Source: Parcubacteria group bacterium (GTDB lineage Bacteria > Patescibacteriota > Minisyncoccia > Moranbacterales > GCA-2747515). Taken from it: DNA of 64,000 nucleotides. The notes beneath the pieces are model-generated. The model did not search any database and had not been told where the DNA came from. It saw only the letters and a program-made list of their open reading frames with translations. The stretch spans positions 102,866-166,865 of the forward strand of contig JBAZXC010000002.1 in assembly GCA_041660065.1 (NCBI GenBank), read 5' to 3'. The position numbers and the translations under genes are program-made. Positions 27,331 to 36,501 of this stretch are shown here, one piece after another (within the stretch, counting starts at the first letter, position 1; each line of letters starts with the position of its first letter).

Positions 27331-28540
27331 TCCCTTTTTCTTTGATCAGTGCAACCAATGCATCAATTGCGTCTTCCTCCGGAAGATTTCTTTGTACCAC
27401 TTCTTTGCCATAGTACAAACTGATCTTACCTGGTGCGCCACCGACATAGCCAAAATCTGCATCCGCCATTTCACCCGGGCCGTTGACGATGCACCCCATC
27501 ACGGCGATCTTTACACCGGTCAGATGTCCCAGTTTTTGCTTGATCTTTTTTGTCACGGATGCAATGTCAAAAAGTGTGCGACCGCATGATGGGCAGGAAA
27601 TAAATTCTGCTTTGGAAATACGTCGTTTTGTCGCTTGCAGAATCGTAAAACATACAGGGATCTCATCCTCTGGTGGCTCTGTGAGAGAGACGCGCAACGT
27701 ATCACCGATTCCCTCCAAGAGAAGCGTGCCGATCCCAATCGTTGATTTGGCACGTCCATCCTCTTCGCTCCCCGCTTCCGTCACACCGAGATGGATTGGG
27801 TAATCCATATTTTCCTCATCCATTTTATGCGCAAGTAATCTGTTTGCCTCGATCATTGCCGTCGGGTCAGATGCTTTGATCGCGACGACGATATTGTGAT
27901 AATCATTTTTCTGAAACACACGCAGATATTCCATCACGCTTTCCACAAGCCCATAAGGCGTATTGCCATACTTGCCCAACACGCGTCCGGAAAGCGACCC
28001 CCAATTCGCGCCAATGCGAATCGGTTTTTGTGTCTTTTTCAATTCAGCGATAAATGGTTTTAGTCCCTCCTCAATCCTCTCCAACTCTTGTTGATATTCT
28101 CTATCAGTCAAAATTTTGTCACCACTACCACGACTGTCCAACAAATTTCCCGGATTCAATCGGATTTTATCTGCATATATAAGCGCTTCAAACGCCGCCG
28201 CTTTGTCAAAGTGAATATCCGCAACGATCGGCACGGTGCAATGATGCTTTTTTTGCAAAATATCTTTGATCTCTTTGAGCGCGTGCACATGTTTGACCGT
28301 CGGCGTCGTGATCCGCACCAGCTCCGATCCGGCATCCACGCATCGCATAATTTGCGCAACTGTCGCCGCAATATCAAGCGTGTCCGTATTGGTCATTGTT
28401 TGTACGCGAATTGGATGATCACCTCCAATGCCTACATTTCCCACCATCACAACGCGTGTCTTACGTCTCGGTAATAATGCTGCAAATTGATCTGTGTTAT
28501 TCATAAGCGCCTCATTTAATAAATTACCTTCGTTTGACAA
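27287..28540 (-). CDS. ispG: 4-hydroxy-3-methylbut-2-en-1-yl diphosphate synthase (IspG/GcpE)
   Basis: 417 aa. N-terminal TIM-barrel region (RRKTRVVMVGNVGIGGDHPIRVQTMTNT) and a C-terminal [4Fe-4S] Cys cluster (ISCPSCGRT...GCIVNGPGE). Confidence 0.95.
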   Translation of the reverse strand: MSNEGNLLNEALMNNTDQFAALLPRRKTRVVMVGNVGIGGDHPIRVQTMTNTDTLDIAATVAQIMRCVDAGSELVRITTPTVKHVHALKEIKDILQKKHHCTVPIVADIHFDKAAAFEALIYADKIRLNPGNLLDSRGSGDKILTDREYQQELERIEEGLKPFIAELKKTQKPIRIGANWGSLSGRVLGKYGNTPYGLVESVMEYLRVFQKNDYHNIVVAIKASDPTAMIEANRLLAHKMDEENMDYPIHLGVTEAGSEEDGRAKSTIGIGTLLLEGIGDTLRVSLTEPPEDEIPVCFTILQATKRRISKAEFISCPSCGRTLFDIASVTKKIKQKLGHLTGVKIAVMGCIVNGPGEMADADFGYVGGAPGKISLYYGKEVVQRNLPEEDAIDALVALIKEKGKWVDPVKSNAVGTK

Positions 28541-28610
28541 ACACCATGTGAAATACTACCGTAAATATACAGCGACACATAGAGCTCGTCAATTACATAT
28601 ATTTTGTCAC

Positions 28611-29432
28611 ATGAAGAATATCTCGATCATAAAAATTGGTGGCAGTATAATCACAGACAAAAGTTCTCACAAACTCATTGTGCATCGTGAGTTACTTCAT
28701 GATATTGCAAAAGAATTGCATCAGTATCTTCTAAAAAAGCCACGCACAGAATTGATCATCATTCATGGCGCCGGTGGTCCCGGACACCATATCGCGCACC
28801 AACATGGTCTCGCCGACGGCACACTCCACGACCCTGTGAAAATCCGTGCTGTTTGTGACACACGTCTCGTAAACCAAAAATTGAACACGGAAATATGTGA
28901 GATATTGTTGCAAAATGATATTCCCGTCATCCCGGCGCATACGGGCACATTGATCACACAAAAAAACAAAGAAATTGTTTCCTGCGATCTTTCGATCCTA
29001 CAATCAATTTTAGGATCAAACTGCATCCCGGTTCTTTACGGCGAAATGGTCCATGATGCCGTACTGGAATATTCGGTCTGCTCCGGAGACACAAGTGCGG
29101 CATATCTTGCACAACATTTGCCTGTAGAAAAAATATTTTTTGCGACAGATGTGGATGGCATTTTTGATAGGGATCCGCACAAATTTCCGGAAGCACAATT
29201 GATACCAAACATCTCCTTGCATGACATATATAATGATACGTCACTCTCGATCGAAAGATCACACAATACTGACGTTACCGGCGGACTACGAGGAAAACTT
29301 TCTGTATTTCAATCATTTGCTGATCACGCACACACGCTCAAAGAAATCATTATTTTCAATGGCACCGATCCAAAGAAATACCATGATGTTTTGACTGGAA
29401 CCGCAACAATTTCTACACGAATTACTTTATAA
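28611..29432 (+). CDS. Isopentenyl phosphate kinase (amino-acid kinase family)
   Basis: Motifs IIKIGGSIITDK, IIHGAGGPGHHIA, FATDVDGIF, DVTGGL and FNGTDPKK parallel archaeal IPK (ILKLGGSILSDK / VHGGGAFGH / YATDVDGV / DVTGGM / FNGNKANN). Start at ATG 28611; the track's upstream extension overlaps the ispG start. Confidence 0.78.
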   Translation: MKNISIIKIGGSIITDKSSHKLIVHRELLHDIAKELHQYLLKKPRTELIIIHGAGGPGHHIAHQHGLADGTLHDPVKIRAVCDTRLVNQKLNTEICEILLQNDIPVIPAHTGTLITQKNKEIVSCDLSILQSILGSNCIPVLYGEMVHDAVLEYSVCSGDTSAAYLAQHLPVEKIFFATDVDGIFDRDPHKFPEAQLIPNISLHDIYNDTSLSIERSHNTDVTGGLRGKLSVFQSFADHAHTLKEIIIFNGTDPKKYHDVLTGTATISTRITL

Positions 29433-29469
29433 AAAATAGAGACACGCCAATATGGCATGCCTCTCCTTC

Positions 29470-29928
29470 TCATTTTTCTTCATCCAAAAATATTTCGAGC
29501 GATGGACGTGTCTCTATACGGACAAAGCTCTTTTGCGATATAAGGTCAGCACAAGAGCACCAGCCATAATGCACAACTTCAGGATCCCGCGGAACTGACG
29601 TGAACTCCCTGTCACAATAACCCCATGCCACATGGGCACACACACCCGGAACGAGCATCAGCAGATTTGGACTAATGAATAATCCGGAGATTTGTTCAAA
29701 AGAACATCCTGTGATCTCTTCATCCACCATGCGCCTGATCGTGTCACAGCATGTTTCCCCCCTTTCAATGGTTTCCAATGGAAAAGATATCATACCCGCC
29801 TCTTTCCCGATCATTGGTTTAGCAACCAATTCTCGAATCGTATAGATCCGCCCTGTTCCATTGGCAACTAAAATCAGACCGATGCCTCTCACTATTTTTT
29901 CGCATATTTTCATATCGTGAGCCTCCAT
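29470..29928 (-). CDS. Possible NUDIX-family hydrolase
   Basis: Degenerate Nudix box GKEAGMISFPLETIERGETCCDTIRRMVDEEITG (G-x5-E-x7-R..DEE..G pattern). Confidence 0.4.
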   Translation of the reverse strand: MEAHDMKICEKIVRGIGLILVANGTGRIYTIRELVAKPMIGKEAGMISFPLETIERGETCCDTIRRMVDEEITGCSFEQISGLFISPNLLMLVPGVCAHVAWGYCDREFTSVPRDPEVVHYGWCSCADLISQKSFVRIETRPSLEIFLDEEK

Positions 29929-30080
29929 TTATCACAATATATATACGCACACCCTTACTGCGCCTCAAAAAGAACGTAAGTCACATAGTAACATTTACTC
30001 AATAACGTGTCAATTGTGCAGTGCACCATTTCATATAATGATGGTATAATGTTCCTGTAATCACAAAAATAAACTCTCTT

Positions 30081-31169
30081 ATGCAAAATCATTATGTTGT
30101 CATCATGGCAGGAGGGTCCGGCACACGCCTCTGGCCGCTTTCACGCAAAGACAACCCCAAACAATTTCAAAACCTCACCAGCGAAGACCGCACGCTCCTC
30201 CAAGAAACCTATGATCGCATCTCCCCGCTCGCAGATGATCTCGAGCACATTTTTGTCGCAACTACGCAAAATTACGAAAACATCGTCAAAGAACAACTGC
30301 CGGATCTGCCTCCACAAAACATTATCCTCGAACCCTGCGGACGTGACACCGCACCGGCAATCGCTTTTGCCACACAGATCATTTACAAAAAAGATCCCGA
30401 CGCAGTGATCACTACGACGCCATCAGACCACGCGATCAAAAATCCCGGCGCATATCTTTGCACCGTACAAACAGCATTTGCCGTGATCGCCGACCATCCG
30501 GAAAAATTCGGCCTCATCGGCATCACGCCGACAGAGCCGAGTACAGAACTAGGCTATATTCAGATGGGCACAGAACTGGAAAATTCATATAAAAAAAGAG
30601 TTTTTGAAGCTGTCGCATTCAAAGAAAAACCGGACGTAAAGACCGCAGAAAAATACCTCAACAACTGGTCATATTTGTGGAATGCCGCCTATTTTGTTTT
30701 CAAAGCGGATACATTTCTCCGCATGGTCCAAAAATTCACACCACACATCCATGACGCTCTCACGCAGATTGACGCAACCGATGATGCCGATGCGATCCAT
30801 AGCCTTTATTGCGGCCTCCCCAAAGAACCGATCGATACCGTCATCCTAGAGCAACTCTCCGCAAAGGATCGCTTCGTTGTCCCTGCAGATCTGGAATGGA
30901 GTGACGTGGGCAATTGGCGTACGTTGCATGATTTCCACCGCTGTGACAATGGACAAAAAAGCGTTACCAGAGGTAAAGTTGTCGAGATCAACTCACACAA
31001 TTGTTTGGTATTTGGACACCCTACCAAAACCATTGCCACGCTCGGACTCAATGACATCGTTGTGATCGACACTGATGATGCGATCTTGATCACGCACAGA
31101 GATCAAGCCCACGAGGTCAAAAAGATCATCGATCATCTCAAAGATCAAGAGATGGATCACTTGTTATAG
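30081..31169 (+). CDS. Mannose-1-phosphate guanylyltransferase (nucleotidyltransferase plus C-terminal beta-helix)
   Basis: N-terminal VVIMAGGSGTRLWPLSR is a sugar-nucleotidyltransferase signature. 362 aa, typical of ManC/CpsB. Confidence 0.8.
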   Translation: MQNHYVVIMAGGSGTRLWPLSRKDNPKQFQNLTSEDRTLLQETYDRISPLADDLEHIFVATTQNYENIVKEQLPDLPPQNIILEPCGRDTAPAIAFATQIIYKKDPDAVITTTPSDHAIKNPGAYLCTVQTAFAVIADHPEKFGLIGITPTEPSTELGYIQMGTELENSYKKRVFEAVAFKEKPDVKTAEKYLNNWSYLWNAAYFVFKADTFLRMVQKFTPHIHDALTQIDATDDADAIHSLYCGLPKEPIDTVILEQLSAKDRFVVPADLEWSDVGNWRTLHDFHRCDNGQKSVTRGKVVEINSHNCLVFGHPTKTIATLGLNDIVVIDTDDAILITHRDQAHEVKKIIDHLKDQEMDHLL

Positions 31170-31188
31170 ATATAAGAAAATCAAAACA

Positions 31189-31215
31189 ACACTCACATGA
31201 TCGTGAGTGTTTTTT
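31189..31215 (+). terminator. Rho-independent terminator after the guanylyltransferase gene; bidirectional
   Basis: acactcac atgatc gtgagtgt (8-bp stem) followed by ttttt. Confidence 0.7.
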
Positions 31216-31218
31216 GAT

Positions 31219-31668
31219 CTAAACATTCTTTGTAAACGCAACGCCATAAATTTTTATCTCCTCACCGCACAGCCAGTCATATGTTGTCCGTGAATCCATG
31301 GATTGTCTGCGGTCGCCATTTTCCAACCATACATCTTTGCGTCCCTCCACCCAATAGCAATCCCCTTCTTTTTTTGTGATTTTTTTGATATACGCACCAT
31401 CGCACTTTTCGTCCGTGCATTCAAATGCGATCACATCCCCGACAAAAAAAGTACTTGCCGGCACAACATCAACAAGCGTACGATCATAAAAACCATACGA
31501 CTCCATCGAATGTCCCTCTACTTGAAATGTCTGTGTTTTCATGAAATCATACCGCTCATTGCCGATATTCTCATTGTCATACGGCACATATTCCGCCGCA
31601 CTTGCGATCGCACCAATTGGCGCAAAAACGCTAAGAAACAACATAAAAACTGCACTATAATAATACAT
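31219..31668 (-). CDS. Signal peptidase I-like (S26 family) protein
   Basis: N-terminal TM. GHSMESY resembles the GDSMxP catalytic Ser box. GDVIAF is also present. Confidence 0.5.
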   Translation of the reverse strand: MYYYSAVFMLFLSVFAPIGAIASAAEYVPYDNENIGNERYDFMKTQTFQVEGHSMESYGFYDRTLVDVVPASTFFVGDVIAFECTDEKCDGAYIKKITKKEGDCYWVEGRKDVWLENGDRRQSMDSRTTYDWLCGEEIKIYGVAFTKNV

Positions 31669-31908
31669 ATTTCACCCGTTATAGTCTTAAATTCCTGTTT
31701 CATTCGATCAAAAAATCGAACCATATACTATAGCACACTTTTGGTTTTTTGTCAAATATTTGCTTGGCATCCTCCGGGGTGTGCCAAAATACCATCTAAA
31801 ATACCTACGTCTTGATAATCTCATGGGGCCATGTTACAATTCGCGTCACGCGAGATTGTCAAGGATTCTTTAATAACTCACAAATATTTACACAAGAAGG
31901 AGCGAACC

Positions 31909-32307
31909 ATGATTACAGTATTAGGATATGTTCTTGCAATTATATGGATTGTGATCAAAGTCTGTGCAATTATATGTTTAGGAGTGATTCTATTTGACAA
32001 AGATCTCTATACGTCTATTTCCGATAATCCTCCATGGCAAATCTTGACACGATTAAAGGAAATCCGAGAAGGAACGAGTTGCTTTAATAGCAGAACCCAC
32101 TATCTCCTTCTCGAAATTTTTCGCGTATTTTTACTTTCTTCAATGATCTTTCTCCTCGTACCAACGGTAATTAATTTGTTCGAAGATGGCATCCACCCGA
32201 TGGATCCTGAACTCGTGATAACGGTCTGTTGTTGTATCGGCACGGCAATGATAATATGCCTAAGTTGCTATCTATATAGCTTTGCCACTTACGCGATCAA
32301 AAGATAG
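31909..32307 (+). CDS. Hypothetical membrane protein (about 132 aa, 4 TM)
   Basis: ATG at 31909 is preceded by an AAGGAG SD. The track's upstream extension is less likely. Confidence 0.5.
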   Translation: MITVLGYVLAIIWIVIKVCAIICLGVILFDKDLYTSISDNPPWQILTRLKEIREGTSCFNSRTHYLLLEIFRVFLLSSMIFLLVPTVINLFEDGIHPMDPELVITVCCCIGTAMIICLSCYLYSFATYAIKR

Positions 32308-32337
32308 CATCCAACTATTTTATTGATTCAATGCTTA

Positions 32338-32377
32338 AAAAAGGACTGCACAAAATCTATTGTGACAGTCCTTTTTC
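32338..32377 (+). terminator. Bidirectional rho-independent terminator
   Basis: ggactgcaca...tgtgacagtcc long stem followed by ttttt. Lies between convergent genes. Confidence 0.6.
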
Positions 32378-32402
32378 ATCTCCCAGATGATACTCTGCTA
32401 AT

Positions 32403-33338
32403 CTAAAAATCAATTTCAAGCGCAATAAAACGTTTTTTATATTCTTCAAAAATACGCGGTCCGTGCGGTTTGGGTAAAAAGACGAGAAATTGATCAGAAA
32501 AGAGGATAATACCCCCTTTGTATTGGGTTTTTGGATTATTTTTGATCTTTTGTTCTTGGATCTTCTTGAGTCGCATTTCCATACCGCGATCACCAAAGAT
32601 CAATTCCAGAAGCCGTCTGATGCTTTTTGTCACGATCGTATCTTTGACCGCCGTATCATAATATTTTTCCTGCATAAAATGTGGCTTGTATGAACGGATC
32701 CATTGATTTTGCATACAAAAATCTGCAAAAAAACCCAGATCAAAAACGGGAAAGATGTAGGAATATTCATGCGCAGCAAAAAGATCCTTGGTGGGCACGA
32801 CGAGCGATTGCGTTGTGATGTGATAGTTGAGACACGCGCGATCGTTAACCTGTGCATCATGCCGGCGAAATCCGCACGCATGTGCCAGTATTGTGATAAA
32901 AAAACGTCCCGTCCAAATATGACCGTGCTTATAGGCAATAAGGAGATCAAGGTCGCTTTCTTTTTCGCAATGGTTATAAGAGAGACGCCCTGTCACACAG
33001 ATCATGCGCACAAAAGGGCTCATACACAAAATTCTCACGATCTTTTCCACGCGCTTTTTCTTCTGCAAACTAATGATCGCTCTTGTACGGCGCACATCCA
33101 CGAGCGTTTCGCGACCGTGCAAAAAATAGAACCCGTTTTTTTCTCCCACATACTGACGAACTTCCTTTGTGCGCAATGCTTCAAAGACATCCGCAAGCGT
33201 CCACATATCATCCGTATGATCTGCGCTGCACCTGATCAAATCCTTCCACACCTCAAAGGCAGTCAACGGCCGATCCAATACATCATAGTATGTGATCGTT
33301 GCCAAGATATTCTTATGAATTATATGATCCACATGCAT
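32403..33338 (-). CDS. Hypothetical protein, possible Pol-beta-like nucleotidyltransferase fold
   Basis: VTGRLSYNHCEKESDLDLLI resembles the G[SG]...DxD minimal NTase motif. Otherwise unassigned. Confidence 0.3.
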   Translation of the reverse strand: MHVDHIIHKNILATITYYDVLDRPLTAFEVWKDLIRCSADHTDDMWTLADVFEALRTKEVRQYVGEKNGFYFLHGRETLVDVRRTRAIISLQKKKRVEKIVRILCMSPFVRMICVTGRLSYNHCEKESDLDLLIAYKHGHIWTGRFFITILAHACGFRRHDAQVNDRACLNYHITTQSLVVPTKDLFAAHEYSYIFPVFDLGFFADFCMQNQWIRSYKPHFMQEKYYDTAVKDTIVTKSIRRLLELIFGDRGMEMRLKKIQEQKIKNNPKTQYKGGIILFSDQFLVFLPKPHGPRIFEEYKKRFIALEIDF

Positions 33339-33400
33339 GACTTACTGCTAAAAAATCCTCTCACCCACACGCCTGACAAATACACGACCGTAAATTATTT

Positions 33401-36244
33401 TTACATGAATTTTGCCGTAGGACTTTTTTTATTTTTCTTTAATTTTTCCGGCACGCCGGCGTAGATCAACTCTCCTCCACTCTGCCCACCATCCGGACCA
33501 AGTTCGATCACCCAATCAGAATGTTTGATCACATCAAGATTGTGCTCCACGACCAATACTGTATTGCCTTTGTCCACCAATCCATCCAACATGCGCAATA
33601 ATTTTTTCGTGTCATCGAAATGCAATCCTGTCGTCGGCTCATCCAAAATATATAATGTCCTTCCCGTGGATTTGCGTGCAAGCTCTGTCGCCAACTTAAT
33701 GCGCTGTGCCTCTCCGCCGGAAAGATTAGTCGCACTCTGTCCGAGATGAATATATCCCAAACCAACCTTCTTCATCGCAGAGAGTTTTTCTTTGATGAGT
33801 GCGTGACTCTTGAAAAATTCATATGCATAATCAACGCTCATATCAAGGACGTCAGCGATCGTCACACCATTGTACTCCACCTCCAATATGCGACTATGAT
33901 AACGCTTGCCACCACATGCCTCACACGGCACATACATATCCGGCAAGAGATGCATCTCCACCTTGACAGAGCCATCTCCCTTACATACCTCACACCGACC
34001 ACCACGCATATTGAAACTGAAATGACTTGCTTCGAGACTTTTTTCTTTTGCACTATCTGTACCGGCAAAAAGATCTCTGACATGGGTGAACACGCCCGTA
34101 TACGTCGCTGTGTTTGATCGTGGCGTACGACCGATCGGATTTTGATCAATTGTGATCACTTTGTTTACATGTTGTAGCCCAACGATTTTTTTATATCGTC
34201 CCGGCTCAACGGTTGAGCGATGGAATTTTTGAGCAAGAATTCTCGAGAGTATCTTGTGTACAAGAGTTGACTTTCCACTACCGGACACACCACACACCGT
34301 GACAAACATTCCCAACGGAAAAGCCACGGTAATATCGCGCAAGTTATGTTCACTCGCCCCGACAACGACAACCTCCTTACCGTTTCCTTTTCGCTTTTTC
34401 TTTGTTTCTGCAACAGTCAATTTCCCAGAAATATATTTTGCCGTTGTCGTTTTTGCCTGCAACATTTTTTGCAACGTCCCGGAGAAAACAAGTTTTCCCC
34501 CTTCTTCCCCGGCGCCAGGTCCCATATCAACGATCCAATCAGCTTGTTTCATGACGTCCGCATCATGCTCCACGATGATAAGTGTATTGTGTGCTGCCTG
34601 CAATCGTTTCATTGCCCGAAGGAGTCGTGCTGTATCGCGACTATGTAATCCCGCTGTCGGTTCATCCAACACATAGATCACACCCGTGAGATCTGACTTG
34701 ATCTGCACCGCCAAACGAATACGTTGTGCTTCACCACCTGAAAGCGTATTACTTGAACGCGACAGCGTGAGATATTCCACACCGACATCGCACAATGCAC
34801 GTGCACGCGTATGCATCTCGGAAACCAGTGTATCCACGGTGATCTTTTCTTCACGTGAAAAACTACCTCCATCGCCGATGTGCTCGATAGCATCGAGAAA
34901 ATCACACAGCGACAATGAGACCAGATCATTGATCGTACGTTCATTGACCGTCACGGCCAGATATTCTTTTTTCAAACGCTTCCCTTCACACGAAAAGCAC
35001 ACGCGTTCCACCATATAGCGCTCCAATTCTCTACGCATATACTCTGATTTTGTATTTCTATATCGCTCTTCTAAATCGGCAATGATTCCTTTGAAATCAC
35101 CTTCATTTTTTGCATTTGGCACGCCATAAAAAATCACTGCAAGATGTGACTTTGAGATTTTCTTTACCGGTTCAGATAATGAAAAATGATATTTTTTAGC
35201 GATGCTTTCCAAACTTTTTTTATGCTTGCTGTATGCGGTATTTTTTCCGCCGGATTTACTCCATATATGGATTGCACCCTCTTCAATTGACAGCTCATCA
35301 TTTGGGATCAGCAACGTCGGATCGATCTCATTTTTGATGCCCAGTCCATCACACTCAGGACATGCGCCATCGGGATTATTGAAAGAAAAACATCGTGGCG
35401 TAATCTCTGAAAGACGAAAACCGGATTCCTTACAGTAATAGTCACGAGAATATTCTTCATCCACCGCATCATCATATGACACAATACATAGTCCCCCGGA
35501 AAGTTTCATCGCCGTTTCGATCGAATCCATAAGACACTCGCGATCCAACTCGCTTATTTTATGTTCAAAACGATCGATCACAATATCAATATCCACAGAA
35601 ACGGCATCACTCACGATCATTTCCGCCTCTATGACCGACATAATTTTGTGATTGAATCGCACACGAGGATATCCGTCTTTTTTGATCGACTGCAACACCT
35701 CCTTATTATTTTTTTTATCTGTATTTACCGGAGACAGAATTGTGATCAATTTTCCCTGTGCGGTCTTCATGATTTTGATCGCGATGTCACGCACACTTTT
35801 TCGTTTGAGCGGACGCCCCGTTGTCGGACAATGCGGTACACCGACAGACGCAAAGAGAATACGCAGATAATCATAGATCTCCGTCATCGTTCCGACTGTT
35901 GAGCGGATACTTTTGCTGACGCTTTTTTGATCGATCGCAATTGCCGGTGAAATATTTTCTATGCGATCCACATCAGGCTTGGTCATGACACCCATCACAC
36001 TGCGAGCGTGTGTTGAGAGACTCTCCATAAATCGCCGATTACTCTCCGCATAGATCACATCAAATGCCAGAGAGCTTTTCCCGGAGCCGGACAGTCCGGT
36101 CACAACCGTCATCTTGTTGCGCGGAATATGAACGGAAACATTTTTCAAATTATTGACACGCGCATTATGTATAAAAATTTTATTTGGATCTGACGTTTGT
36201 TTTCTGTCAGGCATTTTTTTCTTACATGATCGTAATGGACTCAT
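33401..36244 (-). CDS. uvrA: Excinuclease ABC subunit A
   Basis: 947 aa with two ABC ATPase modules (VVTGLSGSGKSSLAFD and TVCGVSGSGKSTL), Zn-finger CxxC pairs and LSGGEAQRI signature motifs. Confidence 0.97.
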   Translation of the reverse strand: MSPLRSCKKKMPDRKQTSDPNKIFIHNARVNNLKNVSVHIPRNKMTVVTGLSGSGKSSLAFDVIYAESNRRFMESLSTHARSVMGVMTKPDVDRIENISPAIAIDQKSVSKSIRSTVGTMTEIYDYLRILFASVGVPHCPTTGRPLKRKSVRDIAIKIMKTAQGKLITILSPVNTDKKNNKEVLQSIKKDGYPRVRFNHKIMSVIEAEMIVSDAVSVDIDIVIDRFEHKISELDRECLMDSIETAMKLSGGLCIVSYDDAVDEEYSRDYYCKESGFRLSEITPRCFSFNNPDGACPECDGLGIKNEIDPTLLIPNDELSIEEGAIHIWSKSGGKNTAYSKHKKSLESIAKKYHFSLSEPVKKISKSHLAVIFYGVPNAKNEGDFKGIIADLEERYRNTKSEYMRRELERYMVERVCFSCEGKRLKKEYLAVTVNERTINDLVSLSLCDFLDAIEHIGDGGSFSREEKITVDTLVSEMHTRARALCDVGVEYLTLSRSSNTLSGGEAQRIRLAVQIKSDLTGVIYVLDEPTAGLHSRDTARLLRAMKRLQAAHNTLIIVEHDADVMKQADWIVDMGPGAGEEGGKLVFSGTLQKMLQAKTTTAKYISGKLTVAETKKKRKGNGKEVVVVGASEHNLRDITVAFPLGMFVTVCGVSGSGKSTLVHKILSRILAQKFHRSTVEPGRYKKIVGLQHVNKVITIDQNPIGRTPRSNTATYTGVFTHVRDLFAGTDSAKEKSLEASHFSFNMRGGRCEVCKGDGSVKVEMHLLPDMYVPCEACGGKRYHSRILEVEYNGVTIADVLDMSVDYAYEFFKSHALIKEKLSAMKKVGLGYIHLGQSATNLSGGEAQRIKLATELARKSTGRTLYILDEPTTGLHFDDTKKLLRMLDGLVDKGNTVLVVEHNLDVIKHSDWVIELGPDGGQSGGELIYAGVPEKLKKNKKSPTAKFM

Positions 36245-36451
36245 AGGTTGATATTATATTTAAGATAGAACAGCATTAGTTACCAATTTTAGACCATTTT
36301 TGCCCTATGGTCAAGAGAAAGGTCAAAACCCAAAAAAATCCACCGAATATTCCGTCGCAACCCCGACAGTTCATCCGCATCACATATTGCCACGCACTAG
36401 AGCGTGGTAATATGTGGCTATGTTTATACGAGAAAATCAAAATAAATAAAA

Positions 36452-36475
36452 AACCCTGAGATGCGTCTCAGAGTT
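36452..36475 (-). terminator. Rho-independent terminator ending the ATPase/giant-protein operon
   Basis: Minus strand has stem ctgaga/tctcag with loop cgca, followed by ttttttatttatttt. Confidence 0.6.
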
Positions 36476-36501
36476 TTGAATTTTGTTTAAAAAAGAAAAA
36501 A

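Noticed and set aside
27179-27589. Plus-strand ORF of 136 aa with VGFHWVCPVKLL-type internal repeats
   Set aside because: The protein repeats are a translation artefact of the 48-bp DNA tandem repeat. The ORF is antisense to the ispG C-terminus and has no start signals.
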